DNA of 64,000 nt from an uncultured Oscillospiraceae bacterium (GTDB lineage: Bacteria; Bacillota; Clostridia; Oscillospirales; Oscillospiraceae), in assembly GCA_947629775.1 (NCBI GenBank), contig CANRFA010000003.1, positions 48,098 through 112,097 of the forward strand, read 5' to 3'. The notes beneath the pieces are model-generated. The model had not been told where the DNA came from and made no database searches. It saw only the letters and a program-made list of their open reading frames with translations. The position numbers and the translations under genes are program-made. Shown in pieces: positions 55,956 through 64,000 of this stretch (position 1 is its first letter; every line of letters begins with the position of its first letter).

Positions 55956-57041
55956 CTAATCGTATGGCAGGAAGTCTTTGCCGTAGATGTCATTCATCCA
56001 GTCAAAGACCTTCGCCATGCCGTATCCGCCCTTGCTGGGACCCCAGATCTCCTTGGGGTTCCAGCTGCCTGCAGGGGCAGCGGGATCGTAGTCCGGGTTG
56101 GGCGTGAACTCCCCACCGCTCATGCAGTATTCGTACTGGTGCGGGTGGGTGCGCTTCAGCTGCTGGAACCGGCTTTCTCCCTTGCCTATGTGGGCTCCGA
56201 AGGCGCAGAAGATACAGCCCGTTCGCTGGCACCCGGTACAGTGGTGCTTGCCCTTGGCGTCCGTCTCAATCTCCCCGTAGACGGAGCAGATGGGCAGCTG
56301 ATTCCTGCGGATGTACTCCAATACATCCTGATTCGTCCAGAAGCTCATGGGCCTGCTGGCCTCGTTCCCCTTCGTGAAGGCGTTGCAGCCGGTCTGGACC
56401 CATGAGGTTCTCCTGCGCAGACTCTCCTCCGCCATCGTCGCCAGGATGACTTTCCGGCCCGTCTCCTTCTGATACACATGCTGCGGGTTCTTCTTGCTCA
56501 GATCGCAGCACCTGTCGGAGAAACGGACGGGCAGATCGTACATGGGCCTCCACCTCTTGGCGTCCAGAGCGCTGAATCCTCCATCCCTGCGCAGAAACGT
56601 GCCTTCCAGCCTCTGCATCCGGGTGCTGTGCGGGTTCCGCCTGGCCCCCTGCAATACGTCGCAGACCTGCTTGGAGACCACTGGGTATCCATGGGTGGAG
56701 AGAATATCCCGAAAGGTTACCAGGTTGCCCGGAGTTTTCCCAAAGCGGTTCCGCCCCCACCTGGGCCGGATTTCGGTCACGTTCTCATGGGAAAGGGCGA
56801 ATCGCCTCACTTCCGGAAACTCCAGCCCCGTGTTGATGAATACCGCCGGAATCCCGGGAAACATCTTCCTGGCGATATCCAGCAGCACCGTACTGTCCTT
56901 GCCACCGCTGAAGCTGACGTACACCTGCCCATCGTAGTGTTTGTACCACTCGATAAGACGGGTCTGTGTGATCATGATTTTGCGCTCCAGTGGCAGCTTC
57001 TGCAACTCCTTTAATCTGTTCTGGTCATGAACTCCATCCAT
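55956..57041 (-). CDS. PAPS/APS-reductase family protein
   Basis: SFSGGKDS, NTGLE, RCC and RTGCIFC. Confidence 0.85.
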   Translation of the reverse strand: MDGVHDQNRLKELQKLPLERKIMITQTRLIEWYKHYDGQVYVSFSGGKDSTVLLDIARKMFPGIPAVFINTGLEFPEVRRFALSHENVTEIRPRWGRNRFGKTPGNLVTFRDILSTHGYPVVSKQVCDVLQGARRNPHSTRMQRLEGTFLRRDGGFSALDAKRWRPMYDLPVRFSDRCCDLSKKNPQHVYQKETGRKVILATMAEESLRRRTSWVQTGCNAFTKGNEASRPMSFWTNQDVLEYIRRNQLPICSVYGEIETDAKGKHHCTGCQRTGCIFCAFGAHIGKGESRFQQLKRTHPHQYEYCMSGGEFTPNPDYDPAAPAGSWNPKEIWGPSKGGYGMAKVFDWMNDIYGKDFLPYD

Positions 57042-57395
57042 CCTGTAAACCTCCTCAGCTTCATATGGTAATTGACATAAAGAGTCCCCCGTGCTATACT
57101 CTCTGGCGGATGGAGCTTGCCTGGGAAGGTGCAAGACAGTCTGAAGGGCACAGAGCTTTGCGACAGCTCTGTGCCCTTAATTTTTTCTCAGAAAGTTGAA
57201 AAAAAGACTTGCTTTCCGGGCAGGTCTATGGTATCTTTAAGGAGCACTAGAAAAGTGCGGCCATCCCCGCTCTAGGGGGGCCGGGAACTCTCCAGCCCGG
57301 CCCCCTTTTACTCCTCTTTACAGTTAAGAATCCTGCACCCAGAGAGTGATGCGGTCCGTATCCGGGCCAAATCCTCTATGCGGTGCAGGATTTCG

Positions 57396-58751
57396 TCATT
57401 TCAGGTACGTCTTATCGCAGTAGCCGGTCAGATTGCCCGCTACCACGCACAGCCAGACGTGTCCATTCGTCCCGATGTTGTAGTAGCCGTAGCACCGGAC
57501 CTTCGTTCCATTCTTCAGGGTGGTGAGGATCCCTTCGTTGGTGCCAGCGCCCCATCTCAGGTGAAGCCCCGCCTTCGCTGCTACCGTCCACGTTTTATTG
57601 TAGGACTCCGACTTCTTCTGCGCCACCTGATAGGCGGGCTTGGACGTACTGGACGTGCTGGATGTACTGGTACTTACAGAGGGCGTTGCGGTGGCCGTGG
57701 AGGCGCTTGTACCGCCCAGCTTCGCTGCAATGGACTTATAGTCCGGGGTAATGAACCCCCGGATGTACCGCCCATTCTGCTTCATGGACCGGGTTGTCAC
57801 CTTATTGGACTTGTTCCCCTCCGTTACCACAAAGGAGGTGCCGGATACCTTGGTCACAATCCCAATATGGTTAGGCGCTCCCGTATTGTCCCCCTTGCCG
57901 GAGTCTTCCCAGTCGTAGATAATGGCGTCTCCGATTTTGGGCATGTAGGAGTCAGACTCCACCCACGTCCCTTTCGACTTGGCGATCTCGATGAACTTGC
58001 TGCATGAACACTCCGTGCCTGTATAGTCTGCGATCCCGCAGGCAATCCACGTGGCAGACACCGTAGCAGCGCACCAGGCGTCCTTCAGTCCCATCTTATA
58101 GCCTCTCGCCAGGGGCTTGTGGCCGTTGTAGATGTCCAGAATCTTCTGATGCGTTGAGCTGCCCTCTTTAGCGCCCATCCATCCGTTAATGGTGGATACC
58201 ACCTTATTCCTCAGTTCCGTCTCTGTCATTGCGCTTCCTCCTCCCTGATTTGCAACGTACTTCTCGCCGTACCCGGCCCGCTTTGCCTTCGCAGCCTCGC
58301 TCTGGTCAGCCGGGCGCTCGAACTGTAGCAGGAAGGCGTCCGACGCTTCCCGCACCGTCCTGGCACCCTTCAGAGTTTCCAACAGGCCCTTATAGCCCGT
58401 CTTCAGCTCCTGCATCATGAATTCCAGCTGCGTCTCAAGGTCCCCTATGGACTTCCCACGGGTCCTGGCGTAATCCAGCAGAGCCTCTTTCCGGCTCCAA
58501 TACGTCCACTGGCACATCCCGTATCCGGCGCTGTCATGGATGAACCCGGAATAACCCCCGCTGTCCACCGCTGCCGTGTATTCAGCGTCAGACAGCCCCA
58601 GGCGCTTTTCAGCGCTGTTTTGCAGGTTGATGGGGTTCAGCCCGCTTTCCGCATACAGATTGCCCATTACTCCGGCAGCGCCCTCCGGGGTCAGGCCCTG
58701 CCCGGTCAGGAAGTTGCGGATCTTATCCGTATCAGTTGAACCGGTAAGCAT
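57396..58751 (-). CDS. Endolysin: phage-tail-lysozyme + CHAP + SH3b
   Basis: GNLYAESG..GYGMCQWT, WCAATVS...HIGIV, and GLHLRWGAG..GYC. Confidence 0.85.
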   Translation of the reverse strand: MLTGSTDTDKIRNFLTGQGLTPEGAAGVMGNLYAESGLNPINLQNSAEKRLGLSDAEYTAAVDSGGYSGFIHDSAGYGMCQWTYWSRKEALLDYARTRGKSIGDLETQLEFMMQELKTGYKGLLETLKGARTVREASDAFLLQFERPADQSEAAKAKRAGYGEKYVANQGGGSAMTETELRNKVVSTINGWMGAKEGSSTHQKILDIYNGHKPLARGYKMGLKDAWCAATVSATWIACGIADYTGTECSCSKFIEIAKSKGTWVESDSYMPKIGDAIIYDWEDSGKGDNTGAPNHIGIVTKVSGTSFVVTEGNKSNKVTTRSMKQNGRYIRGFITPDYKSIAAKLGGTSASTATATPSVSTSTSSTSSTSKPAYQVAQKKSESYNKTWTVAAKAGLHLRWGAGTNEGILTTLKNGTKVRCYGYYNIGTNGHVWLCVVAGNLTGYCDKTYLK

Positions 58752-58768
58752 ATCCAGCCTTCTTTCTC

Positions 58769-59143
58769 TCAGCCAACGGGTCCATCATCGCCCTTGCCCT
58801 TCATATCCTCCAGCTTCCAGGCCCTGTCCTGTCGCTTGTCCTTATTCGTCTTGATCCAGCCCATGATTCCGCATTCTCCGCCCAGCGTGGCAAACACGCA
58901 GGTAATCAGCGTATCAGGCACTGACAGATAGTTCACAAACATCCAGATACACGCCACCGTAAAGGCCAAAAGGGCAATCCCTACGAGAATCAGAATCAGG
59001 TTCATTACCCCAATTCTCTCTACAAGCCCCTTGCCGGTCTCCTGCCTCTTCCCATGGTTCACCTTTACCACCCGGTTTATCCCGGTAAAGGCTATCACCC
59101 CAAGACAGAAGCTGATGAAGCAGGCTGCTATCAGGTCAGGCAT
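58769..59143 (-). CDS. Holin-like membrane protein
   Basis: Multiple TM helices; adjacent to the endolysin. Confidence 0.6.
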   Translation of the reverse strand: MPDLIAACFISFCLGVIAFTGINRVVKVNHGKRQETGKGLVERIGVMNLILILVGIALLAFTVACIWMFVNYLSVPDTLITCVFATLGGECGIMGWIKTNKDKRQDRAWKLEDMKGKGDDGPVG

Positions 59144-59873
59144 CCGGTTCCACCGGCTTTACCTCAGACTGAGCGCCGTCAGAGGCCGTCTCAGACCCTC
59201 CCGGCTCCTTGGCTGTGTCCTTGCTTTCCTCCGGCTCAACAGGGCCAGCAGGGGCCATATCCGGAACCATAGGCATATCCGACTCTGCGGGTTCTACAGG
59301 GCTTTCAGGAGTCTCCGGATGAACCTCAGTATCCGTATTACCTTCAGGAGCCTCCACAGGAAGCTCAGGATTCTCAGGAGCTTCAGGAAACGTCTCTACC
59401 ACCAGGGGTGTATCTGTATTCCCCTCCGGCTCCATGGGCGCTACAGGGGCTTCAGGAACCATCTCCAGGTACTCGCTGTCCCCGTAATCCGGCTCCACTT
59501 GCACATAATCCGTGTTGCCCGTGGATCCACTGGCAGGGGCCGAGGTATTCTTTCCCTTGGACTTGGGATTGGTAATCGCCTGATTCAGAGCGTACACCTC
59601 ACTCTCCACCATGGCCCGGAGCCGGTCATAGTCGATCGTGAACTTATTGGCCTTCAGCCAGCTCTGCATGGCCTCCATAACGTACTGGAGCTTTTCCGTC
59701 CCCAGGCTCAACAGCTGCTCCGCTGCCTGCACGTACACCTTCACCTGAGTCAGGATATCCTCCGTGTGGGTCTGCTCCACCTGCGCCTTCACAAATGGAA
59801 TCAGAAAGCGGGTAATAATTACAACAGCCCCTGCCATTACGGCAGAGGCTATCGCTGTCAGGTCCAGTCTCAT
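59136..59873 (-). CDS. LL-H-type holin with an acidic Pro/Glu-rich extension
   Basis: TM helix, VQAAEQ..G.EKL and ESEVY, followed by a PE-rich tail. Confidence 0.65.
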   Translation of the reverse strand: MRLDLTAIASAVMAGAVVIITRFLIPFVKAQVEQTHTEDILTQVKVYVQAAEQLLSLGTEKLQYVMEAMQSWLKANKFTIDYDRLRAMVESEVYALNQAITNPKSKGKNTSAPASGSTGNTDYVQVEPDYGDSEYLEMVPEAPVAPMEPEGNTDTPLVVETFPEAPENPELPVEAPEGNTDTEVHPETPESPVEPAESDMPMVPDMAPAGPVEPEESKDTAKEPGGSETASDGAQSEVKPVEPDA

Positions 59874-59891
59874 GACTCTTTCCTCCTGCTC

Positions 59892-60344
59892 TTACAGAAA
59901 ATCGTTCGTAGCCAGTCTCTCCAGATAGACCTCTTCAATCCTCTTGGCCGTCAGCTCCGTAATGTGATTGGGGAACTCCGGATGCTCCCGGCAATAGTCC
60001 GTATACGTATCGATGTCCCGCAGAGTCTGGTCGAAATGGTCCTTTGTCTGTTTCTCCCCATGGAGGATTTCATCTCCGAACCGCAGGATTCTCGCCCTTG
60101 CGTTGATCGCTGCCTGCTCCTCTGCCTCCTTGCGCACAAACTCCAGCTGATCCTGAAGGTGCTGCATCGTACCTTCCATCTCTTTCATTTGCGCTACAAT
60201 ATCACCGTTCAGGGCCCGGCCAAGGCTCTTCGCCAGAAAGCTCCAGGGATTCAGCTTCAGCGGTGCTATCTCCAACAGTGTCAGCAATACGAGGGCGGTC
60301 CCACCTGTCCCTGCCATGATTTCTCCCAGATTCATCTCTTCCAC
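59892..60344 (-). CDS. Lysis-region phage membrane protein
   Basis: EIAPLKLNPWS and RILRFGDE. Confidence 0.65.
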   Translation of the reverse strand: MEEMNLGEIMAGTGGTALVLLTLLEIAPLKLNPWSFLAKSLGRALNGDIVAQMKEMEGTMQHLQDQLEFVRKEAEEQAAINARARILRFGDEILHGEKQTKDHFDQTLRDIDTYTDYCREHPEFPNHITELTAKRIEEVYLERLATNDFL

Positions 60345-60360
60345 CCCCTTACTGGCACAG

Positions 60361-61278
60361 TTATTTTATCTCAGCGTATATCATTCCAGCAAAGTTTGTA
60401 TTTGCAACAATCATCCCGTTCCCACACGCAATGTCAGTTAAACTCGAAAAACGTCCTGCAACTCCTTCACACTTTGCCCAGTTTTCAGCATCATATGAGT
60501 AGTATACCATGCTTGAGTTGGCAGCAAAAAATATACCGTTATAATGTTGTAAACCATATACTTTCTCTATTTGAATTGATTGGCTCCCTCTAGTCCAGTT
60601 TAATCCATCGTAGCTCACATTTATATTATAATTAGTTTTGCCCTGTGCAAAAGCATAATATTTTTTATCGACAGATATGCACAAGAGGTCGCTCGCTTGA
60701 TATTCTGTAGTTGGGTTTGTTGAGAACCATTTGTTTCCATCAAAGCTCACATAGCCCGTTCCTTGGTACAAATGGAATATAGTATTATCGGTTGATATTG
60801 GGTTTGGATAATATAACCAAGGAGGATTAAAATCTTCCTCCTTCCATGTAATCCCGTCATCGCTGCTTGCCATTCTTTTATAATTAGAACTGCCATATCC
60901 GTACATGTAAAACTTCCCGCCCCCATACACAAGCGTTGGGGAACTCAAGGTGAGATTTGTTCCTGTTGTCCATGTAACACCATCGCTACTATAATATAGC
61001 TGGCTCCCAACACTTGCTACAAATACTCCTGACCCAAAAACAACTTTATCTACCCACTTTGGGGTATCTGTGCAAGCAGTCCATTGCTTGCCATCTTTGC
61101 TATAATATATACCTCTGTCACCATAACCAATAAACTTACCATTTTCAAATATTACTGAGCCTAATTGATCCATGTTGCTTTTCTGAGAACCTGACATAGT
61201 GTAGCCTTTCTGAAAGTCTAACGCACCGCTAAACCCGCCTCCAGAAGATTCTCCAGGGCCAATCGAATTGAATACCAT
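60361..61278 (-). CDS. Putative beta-propeller receptor-binding/tail protein
   Basis: Repeated S.DG..W motifs; AT-rich. Confidence 0.6.
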   Translation of the reverse strand: MVFNSIGPGESSGGGFSGALDFQKGYTMSGSQKSNMDQLGSVIFENGKFIGYGDRGIYYSKDGKQWTACTDTPKWVDKVVFGSGVFVASVGSQLYYSSDGVTWTTGTNLTLSSPTLVYGGGKFYMYGYGSSNYKRMASSDDGITWKEEDFNPPWLYYPNPISTDNTIFHLYQGTGYVSFDGNKWFSTNPTTEYQASDLLCISVDKKYYAFAQGKTNYNINVSYDGLNWTRGSQSIQIEKVYGLQHYNGIFFAANSSMVYYSYDAENWAKCEGVAGRFSSLTDIACGNGMIVANTNFAGMIYAEIK

Positions 61279-61328
61279 TTACATCAGCTCCGTTCTATTG
61301 GGCAGTTCTAGAGTGCACTGCAAAAACC

Positions 61329-62342
61329 CTATCTGCCCAAAATCAGTACCTTAATATGTGTTTCATCCAGCCTTGCCATGACCCGGAACGGAGTCCGCTC
61401 TCCAGATCGAACTGCTATTCCTTCCTGGCCTGGCCGAACAAATCCGTTGACTTTCGCTGAACCGTCGTCCACCATGACCAGTTTGCCTACCAGCCCCACT
61501 GCATCCCACTCCGGTCTGTCTTCCCTGGCTACGTACTCTTGGTTGGAATCGTAGTCAGGATTCAGCTTCATATGAGTCTCTACACGCTCAGGACGAATGA
61601 CATTTCCTTCAGAGTCAAGATCAGCAGGGACTGTGTAATCTTCCCATAGAGTCCGACCGAACACATCCGTCATGTACATCCCGGACCATTGATCGCTGTA
61701 CACATCTCCTAGACAGGAAGGGTTCCCGGATACGATACCGATGATATCTTCGATAACGGTATCAGGTCCAGCAAGACTGATCATTTCTCCATCAAGAGTA
61801 ACGAATCTGCCTGCACGGTCTTCGTTGGATGGATTGCCGTCTTCCCATTCAAACATCTCGGCGTAGTCGGCACCGGAAGTGTTGAAGGAACCTGATCCGT
61901 ACACTTTACCATTGTTGGCCACTCGAAATGCATTTGAGCGATAACTATCACTACTTCCATTTCCTATAATAAGAAACGAGGAAGTGTCTGCTTTATTGTA
62001 TTCTCCGATTGCTGTTTGATAATCGCCACTTGCTTCTGTATATTGACCACCAGCATGTGAACTAAATCCTGATGCAACTGTATGATAACCCTCTGCATGG
62101 GCATCTTGTGCGGTCGCTTTTGTACCTGAGCCTTCAGCGTGAGACACAGGGCCTTGTGCGGTCGTATTAGTTCCTTCAGCGTGAGACTCATTACCACTTG
62201 CGGTCGCAAAAGCTCCTTCAGCGTGAGACTCATCACCCTCTGCCGAACATGAATGTCCCTCCGCTGTCGCATTCGCCCCAAGTTTTGTACCTTCTTTTTT
62301 ACCTTGTACGGTGCTTCCACCATCCACTAGATTAAAAATCAT
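61329..62342 (-). CDS. Tail fibre with SHAEG repeats and a Peptidase_G2-like intramolecular chaperone
   Basis: SHAEG repeats; GADYAEMFEW.DGN..EDR.G.FV and EW..VGLVGKL. Confidence 0.78.
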   Translation of the reverse strand: MIFNLVDGGSTVQGKKEGTKLGANATAEGHSCSAEGDESHAEGAFATASGNESHAEGTNTTAQGPVSHAEGSGTKATAQDAHAEGYHTVASGFSSHAGGQYTEASGDYQTAIGEYNKADTSSFLIIGNGSSDSYRSNAFRVANNGKVYGSGSFNTSGADYAEMFEWEDGNPSNEDRAGRFVTLDGEMISLAGPDTVIEDIIGIVSGNPSCLGDVYSDQWSGMYMTDVFGRTLWEDYTVPADLDSEGNVIRPERVETHMKLNPDYDSNQEYVAREDRPEWDAVGLVGKLVMVDDGSAKVNGFVRPGQEGIAVRSGERTPFRVMARLDETHIKVLILGR

Positions 62343-62416
62343 CTTCTACACCACCTTTCACTGGCAACACTCAAGGGTGCTACCCCCCCATTTTAAGACC
62401 ATATTGGTTTCCCCCC

Positions 62417-63790
62417 TTACTTCAAAGGTATGATTACGACATAGACAATCAGAGTTGAGAAAGGCTTGGTGTCGCAGGAAAACGTCAGAGTGCCAGAGCC
62501 CTGAGCGGTGACTTTCACGCCTGACTGAATGTATGCTGTCAGACTGCCCATAGCCGGTGTTGGGATAATCAAAGCATCCGTCTCTGACGCTGTAACTCCG
62601 GCTACTGGCTTCGTGCATGAATTGGATGTCCAGTCGCCAGCAGCAATGGACAGAGTTACCGTACTGGGCTTTTTAGCGTAGTCATGCGTATGGTTTGCAG
62701 CTGCATAGTCAGTACCTTCTACAGCCTTAAGAACTGTCTTCCCGTCACCCTTCAGAATACCGGTAATGTTGGTCGTGGTAGTTGTACTGACGGTATTGGG
62801 TCCGGCATCACCCTTGGCTCCTGCTGCGCCATCTTTACCGGCAGCTCCAGCGGGTCCGGTGGGTCCAGCGGGTCCTGCCGGGCCTGTTGCACCCTTCAGG
62901 TTGGTAAAATTGAAGGTGAATACCTTCTTGGTATCCTCTCCGGTGGCCGTAATGGTACAGCCGGGGGTTCCGGTCCCGGAATCAACGGTTACTTGAGGCG
63001 TTCCAAACCCGGCAGCTGCACCGGCAGCGCCAGCAGGTCCTGTAGCGCCTGCTGAACCAGCGGGACCTGCGGGTCCTGCCGGACCGGTCGCCCCCTGGGG
63101 ACCTTTGATATTCACGCTTTCAGGTGCAGTGCTTGAGGCTGTACCCTTGGCCCAGCTCAACAGACCGGTGCCGTCTACTGAGGGCACCCAGGTTACGCCG
63201 TCAGCGCCCTTAGCGCCAGCTGCACCTGCTGTTCCGGCTGGTCCTGTATCGCCCTTGGCTCCCTTGAGGTTGTCGAAGTTGAACGTGAACACCTTGGCCG
63301 TATCCTCGCCAGAGGCTTCCACCGTAACGGACGGAGTGCCTCCAGTACCGGTCCCAATTGTCGCCACAGGCTTTCCAAATCCGGCTGCTGCGCCCGTATC
63401 GCCCTTGGCTCCCGCTGCTCCATCCTTGCCGGGATTGCCCTGGGGGCCTTTGATGTTCTTCGCTGCCGGAGTACTGGAGGCATTTTTCTCCCAGGTCAGA
63501 TCTCCTGAGTCGCTGACGGTAGGAACCCACGTATCGCCCGTTGCGCCTTGCAGACCCTGCGGACCGGTAGCGCCCTTCAGTTCCCCGTCATCCAGCTTCT
63601 GCTGGAAGGTATCTCCATCCTCGAAGGTCACTTCCTTCGCCTGGTGCGTATGAACTGCATTCGCCTTGGACGTTTTCATTTCCTCCAGCGCTGCTGTGAC
63701 TTTCTGGATTGTCTCCTGCAGGTAGTTCAGCGTGTAGTTCTTCACAGCCTCCAGACCGGATTGCAGATGTTCGATGCCAATTAGCTTCAT
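62417..63790 (-). CDS. Collagen-like tail fibre protein
   Basis: Gly-X-Y runs and a duplicated GFG...KVFTFNF.NLKG module. Confidence 0.8.
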   Translation of the reverse strand: MKLIGIEHLQSGLEAVKNYTLNYLQETIQKVTAALEEMKTSKANAVHTHQAKEVTFEDGDTFQQKLDDGELKGATGPQGLQGATGDTWVPTVSDSGDLTWEKNASSTPAAKNIKGPQGNPGKDGAAGAKGDTGAAAGFGKPVATIGTGTGGTPSVTVEASGEDTAKVFTFNFDNLKGAKGDTGPAGTAGAAGAKGADGVTWVPSVDGTGLLSWAKGTASSTAPESVNIKGPQGATGPAGPAGPAGSAGATGPAGAAGAAAGFGTPQVTVDSGTGTPGCTITATGEDTKKVFTFNFTNLKGATGPAGPAGPTGPAGAAGKDGAAGAKGDAGPNTVSTTTTTNITGILKGDGKTVLKAVEGTDYAAANHTHDYAKKPSTVTLSIAAGDWTSNSCTKPVAGVTASETDALIIPTPAMGSLTAYIQSGVKVTAQGSGTLTFSCDTKPFSTLIVYVVIIPLK

Positions 63791-63834
63791 ATTCTACCTC
63801 CAGTATGGATTGGGCCTTTTCGCCCATTATTAAA

Positions 63835-63865
63835 GAGACCCCACCGGTCAGTCCGGCGGGGTCTC
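63835..63865 (-). terminator. Intrinsic terminator
   Basis: GAGACCCC.CCGG/CCGG.GGGGTCTC stem. Confidence 0.6.
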
Positions 63866-63873
63866 ATTGCTTT

Positions 63874-63999
63874 TCAGTCTTCCTTCGCCAGTTCGAGAAG
63901 CATCTCGTACTCAGACTCAGGGATGATCTCCAGCGCCCACTCACGGGGGACGTAGCACTTCTTGCGCTTCGTCTCCCCCTTCTGGCGGTAGTACTTATT
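63874..63999 (-). CDS. C-terminus of a phage protein (partial)
   Basis: Open frame NKYYRQKG...LELAKED followed by a stop; the start lies outside the window. Confidence 0.5.
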   Translation of the reverse strand, partial: NKYYRQKGETKRKKCYVPREWALEIIPESEYEMLLELAKED

Positions 64000-64000
64000 C

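Larger units (their letters stand above)
15842..64000 (-). mobile_element. Large prophage (one end only; continues beyond the window)
   Basis: Abrupt junction inside a host gene, followed by phage-type small ORFs, ThyX-like/dUTPase/MazG genes, endolysin, holin-like genes and tail fibres. Confidence 0.85.

Noticed and set aside
60361-63790. Diversity-generating retroelement target
   Set aside because: No reverse transcriptase and no template/variable repeat pair differing at adenines was seen in the window.

Overview
Bases 1-~15841 are chromosomal genes of a GC-rich Firmicute (Oscillospiraceae-like; inferred from gene content). They include a FecCD-type ABC transporter, mtaB, a cupin, a SpoVK/CbxX-type AAA ATPase, an Ig/SH3 protein, ppdK, panE, a Uma2 nuclease, a TIM-barrel isomerase and a GH78 alpha-L-rhamnosidase. 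At 15841/15842 an iron-containing alcohol dehydrogenase (fucO-like) gene is cut at its conserved HG motif, and everything from there to the window end (over 48 kb) looks like one large prophage. No integrase is seen, so it probably lies beyond the window. The prophage has four zones. (i) 15.9-33.9 kb: about 20 near-consensus sigma70 promoter cassettes sharing two palindromic operator families and a hairpin-RBS leader, each driving one or two small, mostly acidic proteins; an amidoligase and a GGCT gene also sit here. (ii) 19.9-25.7 kb, inside zone (i): four apparently non-coding, degenerate tandem arrays with periods of 38, 50, 48 and 35 bp, all built from a TGGGT/ACCCA-type half-site and bracketed by a 39-bp inverted repeat. 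(iii) 34-57 kb: many small Cys-rich tandem paralogues, nucleotide and DNA-modification enzymes, several apparently catalytically dead enzyme homologues (ExoIII, ImmA/IrrE, HNH) and a 5'-truncated tnpB with an intact right end. (iv) 57-64 kb: endolysin, holin-like genes and tail-fibre genes. The best candidates for an undescribed system are the satellite arrays and the operator-controlled cassette battery. All functional calls come from motif recognition by eye; no database searches were run.
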